Positions 57,707 through 64,000 of a stretch of 64,000 nt of DNA are shown here, in pieces; position 1 is the first letter of the stretch; each line of letters opens with the position of its first letter. The notes beneath the pieces are model-generated. The model worked only from the letters and a program-made list of their open reading frames with translations, was not told where the DNA came from and did no database searches. Both the position numbers and the translations under genes were made by a program. The stretch is from Candidatus Zixiibacteriota bacterium (GTDB taxonomy: Bacteria > Zixibacteria > MSB-5A5 > JAABVY01 > JAHJOQ01), in NCBI GenBank assembly GCA_018820315.1, contig JAHJOQ010000073.1, forward strand, positions 13,343-77,342. Reading direction: 5' to 3'.

Positions 57707-58249
57707 ATGAGGAAGTCTGCAATCGTATTCATGGTTGGAATACTGGTCTTAAGCTTTACAATTTATGCAACAGCGCAGACAGGTTCGAAAGGGCAGGCTC
57801 CGAAAGATGAGAATGCTCTCACCTGGCACAAGTACGACAAAGCTCTTGAACTCGCGAAAGAGCAGAACAAGCATGTGATGGTGTTCTTCACAACTACCTG
57901 GTGTGGCTACTGCAAGAAGATGAAGAAAACAACATTCACCGATCCCAAAGTTCTTGCTCTCATGACAGGAAAATTTATACTTGCAGTCGTCGACGGTGAT
58001 TCCAAGAACAAGCTCAATCTGACAGACAAGGAAGGTGAGCCGTTAGTGATGACCGAAAAGCAGCTTTCCCGTGCGTTTGGAGTTAAGGGATATCCTACGA
58101 CAATATTCCTGAAACCGGACGGTACAACGATAGCCCCGATCTCAGGTTATTGGGCGGCTGATCAATTCGAGATAGCCCTGAGATTTGTCAGCACAGATTC
58201 TTACGAAAAGATGTCATTCAAAGACTTCGCCTCTCAGAAGCAGGGATGA
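57707..58249 (+). CDS. Thioredoxin-fold protein with signal peptide (WCGYC active site)
   Basis: Signal MRKSAIVFMVGILVLSFTIYATAQ. CxxC motif TTWCGYCKKMKK. Thioredoxin-like length and pattern (DsbD-gamma/DUF255-like). Confidence 0.7.
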   Translation: MRKSAIVFMVGILVLSFTIYATAQTGSKGQAPKDENALTWHKYDKALELAKEQNKHVMVFFTTTWCGYCKKMKKTTFTDPKVLALMTGKFILAVVDGDSKNKLNLTDKEGEPLVMTEKQLSRAFGVKGYPTTIFLKPDGTTIAPISGYWAADQFEIALRFVSTDSYEKMSFKDFASQKQG

Positions 58250-58265
58250 CGAAGCGTATTCAAAG

Positions 58266-58871
58266 ATGAAAAGAAGATTTTTCTCTACTCTGGCGGGGAG
58301 CTTTGCTTCTATCCTTGCCCTGACTTTCGTGTCACTTATTTGTGGTTGTGGAAACAACGGAGAGACATCCGAGACTTCACCAGTTCCGACCGATACGAGT
58401 GCCTTATCTGCAGCCTCTGTTCAGGGAGCTGCGGAGTCAATTCCTGACAGCCTCGAAGACGGTGATGACCTTGTATTCAAGTGCATCGACGGTGTCACTT
58501 TTTCCCTCTCCGATCTCAGAGGTTACGTTGTGATGATTGATGTCTGGCGGACTGATTGTGATCCATGTATCGAGAGACTCGGGTTTCTTAATGAGTTGCT
58601 GGCTGAGCATGGCGACGACAGGTTCAAAATGATCGGCATTTCACTGGATTTGCCAGACGGAGATGTGCTTCGCCGTTTTGTCGATAGACACCGTTTGCCG
58701 TATCCAATCGTCGCTGGTGTGGGTCAGTTTACGCTGAGTCCCGATCTGCTTGGCGCGTTGCCGGTGACCTACATTTTCGACAAGAACGGGAAGCTTCAGA
58801 GCCGGATCATTGGGAGCTACGAGAAGGAAGTGTACGAAGAACAGATCAGGCTTGTATCAGAAATGGGCTGA
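58266..58871 (+). CDS. TlpA/redoxin-like thiol-disulfide oxidoreductase lipoprotein (CDPC motif)
   Basis: Lipobox LICGC. Redoxin motif VVMIDVWRTDCDPCIERLGFLNEL. ATG 58266 is internal to the ORF-track call. Confidence 0.7.
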   Translation: MKRRFFSTLAGSFASILALTFVSLICGCGNNGETSETSPVPTDTSALSAASVQGAAESIPDSLEDGDDLVFKCIDGVTFSLSDLRGYVVMIDVWRTDCDPCIERLGFLNELLAEHGDDRFKMIGISLDLPDGDVLRRFVDRHRLPYPIVAGVGQFTLSPDLLGALPVTYIFDKNGKLQSRIIGSYEKEVYEEQIRLVSEMG

Positions 58872-58947
58872 TCTGGTATTTCGATTATCAGGTTGTATTG
58901 CAGAAGAAGAGAAGATATTAACATAAGTCACATTGATGGAGGAACTG

Positions 58948-59526
58948 ATGAAGAGAACAGGCAGAACACAGGCAATTCTTATCGCATTCGTGCTCATGGC
59001 ATTTCTTGCCGGATCGCTGATTGCAGGTGATGGATGTCCCGCCAGCAAGGCTAAAGCCGAAGCGAGCAGCACCAAATCGACTGATACTAAGTCCGCTCAG
59101 GCTGGCTGCGCCAAGACATGTGGCTCGAAAGCCGCGGCCGCCTGCACTCCTGCGGAGAAAAAGGCGTGTGGCGCCAGTTTGGCAACGTCCGATAAGCTCG
59201 GCAAGTTGACTCTTGGTGTCGCATACATGACCTGCAATGGCTGTGCGGGCCAAGTCAGCACTGCCCTCAAAGGTGTATCGGGTGTGCAATCTGTGGCCGT
59301 AGATTATCGCACCGGCACGGCTGATGTCGAATATGATGCCAAGTTCGTAACCACGGGCGATCTGGTCAGTGCAGTCGAGAAGGCTGGTTATCATGCCCAG
59401 GTCGGACCCTATTCTGAGAAGGAACTCATGGAATTTGCCAAAGGCGGCAAGCCGGAAGTATCATCCGTGAGCGCCACTCCGACTGTCAAGGCTGTCACGG
59501 CGACGGAGAAGGCTGGTTCTGAATAG
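58948..59526 (+). CDS. Heavy-metal-associated (HMA) domain protein with Cys-rich N-terminal region and signal peptide
   Basis: Signal MKRTGRTQAILIAFVLMAFLAGSLIAG. Cys-rich low-complexity region GCPASKAKAE...AGCAKTCGSKAAAACTPAEKKACG. HMA motif MTCNGCAGQV within a ferredoxin-like beta-alpha-beta-beta-alpha-beta pattern. GGAGG RBS 5 nt upstream. Confidence 0.7.
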   Translation: MKRTGRTQAILIAFVLMAFLAGSLIAGDGCPASKAKAEASSTKSTDTKSAQAGCAKTCGSKAAAACTPAEKKACGASLATSDKLGKLTLGVAYMTCNGCAGQVSTALKGVSGVQSVAVDYRTGTADVEYDAKFVTTGDLVSAVEKAGYHAQVGPYSEKELMEFAKGGKPEVSSVSATPTVKAVTATEKAGSE

Positions 59527-59663
59527 AAGATGTATCGCGTGATAATTCGTGAGGGAGCGGGGGAAACCCCGCTCCTTTCTTTGTGTATGATAGTTGGTAG
59601 AGTCGTCAAGGCTATTATCGTGCCGAGTGATTTGTGTTGACAGCGAAGCTCTTAGAAAATATC

Positions 59664-60635
59664 ATGAATGCAATGATTGTTAAGTTTGCTACTTGTGTAT
59701 TCGCCGCACTGTTTCTGTGCTATTGTCCGAATGCAGGTACCTCTGTAGCTGCGAAGTATGCCGGTGATCCTTTCCAGTTGGGTGTCGGTGCGCGAGCAGT
59801 CGGTATGGGAGGCGCGCATTCTGCCGCAGTTAATGATGTGACTGCAGGTTTTTGGAATCCTGCCGGCCTTTCATCGATCCCGAACAGACAGGTCATCTTC
59901 ATGCATTCAGAGACATTCGGATTGCTCCTGAATCATGACTATATCGCGTTTGCCTCACCTCTGAGGTCACAATCCGGTTCGGCAGTCGGGGCAATCAGTC
60001 TCACCCGTCTCGGGGGCGGAGGGATCAAACTCACTGAATGGGATTATAAATTCAACCGGCCGAGGGTCGTCAAGGAGAGCGGGCATGCGGATTATCAAGT
60101 GATATTTTCATATGCTGCGGGGAGCTCCTCTCGATTCAGGTTTGGGGGATCCGCAAAGATCCTTTATAGGAATATTGCTGATAATAGCGCGTATGGCATC
60201 GGTGCGGATCTTGGCGTTCAATGCGAACTTGGCGCGAATATGACGGCTGCACTGATGGTTCGCGACGCATCGACCACACTCTTGTCGTATGATACCGGAA
60301 CCAAGGAGAGCATCTATCCTACTATGGTGCCTGGCTTCTCGACTCGGCAGACAATGGGTGATTTCAGTATCGTTGCGACTGCAGATGCTGAGGTGAGATT
60401 CGAGAATTACCGAGAGGCTGCGCAGTACTGGAGCGGCTCAATCTCGGCCGACACGCATCTCGGATGCGAGATTGGATTTCGCGAGCGCGCGTTCGGACGG
60501 ATCGGGTCCGACATCGGGAGACTGACCCTCGGATGCGGAATCTCGGTCTCCTCCCTCGAATTCGATCTCGCGTACATGAGACAGACCGATATTGACGACA
60601 GCTTTCGAATATCTCTTCTTTACAACATGAAATGA
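59664..60635 (+). CDS. FadL/TodX-superfamily outer-membrane beta-barrel protein (short, about 320 aa; PorV/PorP-like size)
   Basis: Signal peptide. N-terminal conserved segment GDPFQLGVGARAVGMGGAHSAAVNDVTAGFWNPAGLS matches the FadL-family consensus (GfqL...garalGmaGA..A.adDasa.fwNPAgL). Amphipathic beta-strand pattern. C-terminal aromatic residue. Confidence 0.55.
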   Translation: MNAMIVKFATCVFAALFLCYCPNAGTSVAAKYAGDPFQLGVGARAVGMGGAHSAAVNDVTAGFWNPAGLSSIPNRQVIFMHSETFGLLLNHDYIAFASPLRSQSGSAVGAISLTRLGGGGIKLTEWDYKFNRPRVVKESGHADYQVIFSYAAGSSSRFRFGGSAKILYRNIADNSAYGIGADLGVQCELGANMTAALMVRDASTTLLSYDTGTKESIYPTMVPGFSTRQTMGDFSIVATADAEVRFENYREAAQYWSGSISADTHLGCEIGFRERAFGRIGSDIGRLTLGCGISVSSLEFDLAYMRQTDIDDSFRISLLYNMK

Positions 60636-60663
60636 TTTTGAAAACGAAAGGACTGCGCTCCAA

Positions 60664-62457
60664 ATGTCAAAGAAAGATCTACTCTTATTACTAGTACTGG
60701 CTGTATTTGCCGGATGTAATGGTGGCGCGGACGAGGAACCTGCCAAGGTGTTCGACCTTTCGCGGGAAGTAGCGTGGGTCGATGACACGGTTTTCACCCT
60801 TGCCAATCTGAACGAACAGCTTGAGAGAATGGGATGGACCGAGCACGCAGGGCTGAAACGCATCGGTGACACTGCTGATTTCAATTTCAACGCTCTGAAT
60901 GAGTTGATAACCGAGAGGCTGGTGAGTGGAGTTGCTGAGACTATCTCTGTCGATACGGTTCTCGAAGCTCAGAAGCGAATTCGAGAGCATATGCGCGGAT
61001 ATGTCATGCAACTGATGTACGCGGATGCGATCACCGAGAACGTGACAGTAACTCCCGAAGACGTCGAGAGTTACTATGACTCGAACCAAACGAAATACTT
61101 CAAACCAGCAAGCGCGAACGCCGCGCACATTCTGATATCGAACAACCCGTCCTTCTATGTGGAAGAAGGGCACAGTCACTCGGAAATAAGCAAGGATAGC
61201 ATAGATATTCTTGCGAGGCAGAAGATGTCTGAGGTCCTCGAGAAGCTCGACGATGGCGAATCCTTCGAATATCTCGCTAAAGAGTACTCGCACGATCAGA
61301 ACTCGGGTCGCAATGGCGGAGCACTGGGGTGGATAGAGAAAGATCAGAGTCCGGCCGAGTTCGACTCTGTGATTTTTGCCATTCCCATCGGTGAAACATC
61401 GCCGGCCGTCCGGACTCAGCACGGTTATCATGTGATAAGAGTGTATGAGAGGTCGGATTCCGGCTACACTCCGCTGGATGATCAACTTCGCGCGGCGATT
61501 GAGTATCAACTGCTCTCAGAGCAGCACAGGACGGTGGCAGCTGCATTTCTGGACAGTTTGAAGCAGGTCGCAAATGTGAGATTCAATGAGAAGCTTCTCA
61601 AAAGGGACGATTCCACTTATAAACCGACTGACTGGCTTGCGACAGTCAATAGTTCCGACACAATATATGTCTATGAGTACTCGAATTATGCTCGCACATA
61701 CAAGATGAAGAACAGGCTGCCGAAGCTGGATGTTGAGTCGAAGAAGGAGGTGCTCGACGGATTTGTCACCGTGCACATCCTTGGCGTGGAAGCGAAGAAG
61801 CGCGGCTATTATGACAGGGAGGATGCTAAACAGGAGCTTGCGGATTATACGTTCCAGCAGGCCAAACACCAGTACCGCCTGAAGGCTGATCCCCCTGTGT
61901 GGGAACCGACCGATGAAGAGGCCGAAGCATTCTATGACGCACATTTGGATGACTACTACTCGGAGAGGCCCATATCCGTGCAGCACATCCTCTTCGAGGA
62001 TTCGATGAAGGCTGAGAAAATCCGCTTGCAGGTAGAGGATGGTGCTGACTTCAAAGAGATGGCGCTCAAGTATTATCCTGGTGAAAGAGAAATCAGGGAG
62101 ACATTGTTCGATCTTGGTTATATCTCCAAGGACGAGATGCCCATTGAATTCTGGAATGCGGCCTGGTTGCTGTCAGTAGGAGATGTGTCTCGGCCTGTTC
62201 GAACCCAATATGGCTTCCATTTGATCAAGATGATAGATCGCAAGGAAATGACCACATTCGATCAGGCAAGTGCCAAAGTCAAACGTCGGATGAAAGACGA
62301 GAGGCGGGAGGAATACAAAGAGCGATGGCACAGTGATCTCTTCGCAGGACATCCGATAGTAATCGATAGTGCGCTTGTGCGCGAGTTTGTGTTTCAGGCG
62401 CCGGCACAGGTCGAGGGTGGCGCTCCCGCTCCCGATACTGCAGGCTCTAGTCAATAA
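60664..62457 (+). CDS. Lipoprotein peptidyl-prolyl isomerase with two parvulin domains (SurA/PrsA-like)
   Basis: Lipobox LAVFAGC. Two parvulin modules: AHILIS...GGALGWIEKDQSPAEFDSVIF...GYHVIRV and VQHILFE...LGYISKDEMPIEFWNAAW...GFHLIKM. Confidence 0.75.
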   Translation: MSKKDLLLLLVLAVFAGCNGGADEEPAKVFDLSREVAWVDDTVFTLANLNEQLERMGWTEHAGLKRIGDTADFNFNALNELITERLVSGVAETISVDTVLEAQKRIREHMRGYVMQLMYADAITENVTVTPEDVESYYDSNQTKYFKPASANAAHILISNNPSFYVEEGHSHSEISKDSIDILARQKMSEVLEKLDDGESFEYLAKEYSHDQNSGRNGGALGWIEKDQSPAEFDSVIFAIPIGETSPAVRTQHGYHVIRVYERSDSGYTPLDDQLRAAIEYQLLSEQHRTVAAAFLDSLKQVANVRFNEKLLKRDDSTYKPTDWLATVNSSDTIYVYEYSNYARTYKMKNRLPKLDVESKKEVLDGFVTVHILGVEAKKRGYYDREDAKQELADYTFQQAKHQYRLKADPPVWEPTDEEAEAFYDAHLDDYYSERPISVQHILFEDSMKAEKIRLQVEDGADFKEMALKYYPGEREIRETLFDLGYISKDEMPIEFWNAAWLLSVGDVSRPVRTQYGFHLIKMIDRKEMTTFDQASAKVKRRMKDERREEYKERWHSDLFAGHPIVIDSALVREFVFQAPAQVEGGAPAPDTAGSSQ

Positions 62458-62553
62458 GTACTGACGCGAAGCGATGAAATCGCTTCGATCAGTGCATCGA
62501 CGTATGGCTGAGAGGACGGTCTCGCACGGATGCGAGACGGTCGGAGGCTGAAC

Positions 62554-63222
62554 ATGAAGCGATTGAAGAGAACGGAGTCGGCTGTTTCATCCAATGTAAC
62601 CAATGAATCTGGCAGCGGGGGCTGTCCGGATTCTCAGCCGAATATCACCTACCTCAATGAGAGTTTGCGCAAAGCGACTCACCTCTTCGCGCTGGTCATT
62701 CCTATCGGGTATCTGTTGACGGACAAGCAGGTCAGTCTGTTGGTTCTCATACCGTTGGCGGCTCTCTTCATTCTATTCGACACCGCTAGACTTCGCGGGT
62801 GGTCTCTCTGGCATTTCGTGAGTCGAATCTGGGGGCCATTGATTCGACCTCAGGAGGACTGCAGATACACCGGTGCAAGTTACATCATGTTTTCGACCGT
62901 ACTGACAGTTGTCATGTTTCCGAAACCGGTCGCCATCTGCGCGCTCTCGTTCATCATAATCGGCGACACGGCCGGAGCCCTGATCGGCAGAAAGTGGGGC
63001 AGGCACAGGTTTCGGAACAAATCGTACGAGGGATCATTGGCATTCTTTGTATTTTCACTGATACCTGCACTATACCTTCCCGAATTGCCGTTCTGGCTGA
63101 TATCAGTCGGTGCTGTTGTAGCCACTGTAACCGAAGCGCTGAGCAGTGAGATCGATGACAACCTTTCTGTGCCGCTGGTGTCGGGTCTTGCCATGCACCT
63201 ACTGATGAAAATATCAATGTGA
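62554..63222 (+). CDS. CTP-dependent polyprenol/dolichol/phytol kinase-like or CdsA-superfamily integral membrane protein
   Basis: Six or more TM helices. Conserved basic-Gly motif GDTAGALIGRKWGRHRF in a cytoplasmic loop, similar to CTP_transf_1 family members. GGAGG RBS. Confidence 0.5.
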   Translation: MKRLKRTESAVSSNVTNESGSGGCPDSQPNITYLNESLRKATHLFALVIPIGYLLTDKQVSLLVLIPLAALFILFDTARLRGWSLWHFVSRIWGPLIRPQEDCRYTGASYIMFSTVLTVVMFPKPVAICALSFIIIGDTAGALIGRKWGRHRFRNKSYEGSLAFFVFSLIPALYLPELPFWLISVGAVVATVTEALSSEIDDNLSVPLVSGLAMHLLMKISM

Positions 63223-63371
63223 CGACCTTCTGGAATCGATTTAGTTCTCGTGGTGTTTTCGACTCAGTGATCAATTGCTGATAAAATCCCTTTGGCAGGC
63301 AGACAGTTCTTTGTTACTATTCAACCATGCATTTTCTGTCGGGATATTAACAGAGTCTGAAAGGAATTGAA

Positions 63372-64000
63372 ATGAAATACATTGATCTGCGATCTGACAC
63401 CGTGACCAAGCCTTCTGATGCTATGCGCAAGGCGATGGCCAATGCCGAAGTGGGCGATGACGTTTTCGGCGATGATCCTACAGTCAACCGCCTACAGGAC
63501 ATGATTGCTGAGAGACTCGGTAAGGAGTCAGCGCTCTTTGTGCCGTCCGGGTCAATGGGTAACGCTATCTGTCTGCGTGTCCAGACGTCTCCGGGAGATG
63601 AGATCATTATCGAACGGTATGGTCATATAGTCAACTATGAGGTCGCGAATGTTGCTGTGTTCTCCGGTTTGCAGACAAGCATGGTAGACGGCATCAATGG
63701 TGTGATTTCGCGCGAGCAGGTCGAACCGCTTTTGAAGGACGAGTCGCTGCACAGCCCCGGTACGAAACTCATTTGTATCGAGAATACTCACAACAGGGCG
63801 GGGGGCACGGTGTTTCCACTTCAGGAGATCAAGAAGCTCCGGGAGCTGGCAGATGATCGCGGAATCGGCATGCACCTCGACGGCGCCCGCCTCTGGAATG
63901 CTCACATTTCCACCAATATCCCACTTCAAGATTTTGCCAGGCTTGCGGATTCGGTGTCTGTATGTTTTTCGAAAGGGCTTGGCGCGCCGATTGGTTCGTG
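63372..64000 (+). CDS. ltaE: Low-specificity L-threonine aldolase (beta-eliminating lyase family), 3'-truncated at window edge
   Basis: MKYIDLRSDTVTKPSDAMRKAMANAEVGDDVFGDDPTVNRLQDMIAERLGKESALFVPSGSMGN matches the LtaE N-terminus closely. Confidence 0.85.
   Translation, partial: MKYIDLRSDTVTKPSDAMRKAMANAEVGDDVFGDDPTVNRLQDMIAERLGKESALFVPSGSMGNAICLRVQTSPGDEIIIERYGHIVNYEVANVAVFSGLQTSMVDGINGVISREQVEPLLKDESLHSPGTKLICIENTHNRAGGTVFPLQEIKKLRELADDRGIGMHLDGARLWNAHISTNIPLQDFARLADSVSVCFSKGLGAPIGS

Noticed and set aside
60691-61509. 272 aa antisense ORF opposite the double-parvulin PPIase gene
   Set aside because: The sense frame shows two clear parvulin domains and a lipobox. The antisense is featureless.
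1-64000. CRISPR arrays, rRNA and tRNA genes, transposases/integrases
   Set aside because: No regularly spaced direct repeats were found, no rRNA-like conserved stretches, and no cloverleaf-like sequences in the intergenic spacers I inspected. No ORF with DDE/tyrosine-recombinase motifs was found. A tRNAscan/Infernal run would be needed to be certain.

Overview
This 64 kb window looks like bacterial chromosome from an uncultivated lineage. My guess, at low confidence, is an FCB-group candidate-phylum organism, based on roughly 50% GC, frequent TTG/GTG starts, dockerin-like and FadL/PorV-like proteins.

Coding density is high and the backbone is housekeeping: degP-like protease, an RpoD-like sigma factor, rplY-prs, glnA, gatAB-purNCH, coaBC, dnaB, mlaEF, radA, tgt-yajC-def-fmt, an rng/rne-family RNase, ppiD, dnaE and ltaE.

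Four regions stand out.
- An ECF-sigma-headed operon (11.0-16.8 kb) encodes a cystathionine-beta-synthase-like enzyme, a cystathionine gamma-lyase-like enzyme, a DUF302 protein and a NifS-SelD fusion protein. The SelD active site is Cys-type. I read this as a possible selenomethionine or selenocysteine to selenophosphate salvage route.
- A stretch at about 38.5-43.7 kb appears lower in GC by eye and sits between a flavin reductase gene and tgt. It carries a two-TM protein whose C-terminal domain aligns to a phospholipase-D fold but lacks the catalytic His and Lys, a GT2-like protein lacking the DxD motif, a Wzx-like flippase, and a beta-class SPPY DNA methyltransferase overlapping an uncharacterised putative restriction endonuclease.
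- An ECF sigma / bactofilin-like polytopic membrane protein / DUF4097 (toast-rack) envelope-stress triad lies at 4.4-7.3 kb. A sigmaW-type TGAAAC-N16-CGTA motif abuts the sigma gene's start codon, implying a leaderless transcript. Beside it is a roughly 900 bp non-coding region containing a perfect 10 bp palindrome and a 46-codon lysine-rich ORF.
- A periplasmic thioredoxin / TlpA / Cys-rich HMA cluster lies at 57.7-59.5 kb.

I found no rRNA, tRNA or CRISPR array by eye. Every product call comes from motif reading of the translated ORFs, not from database searches.
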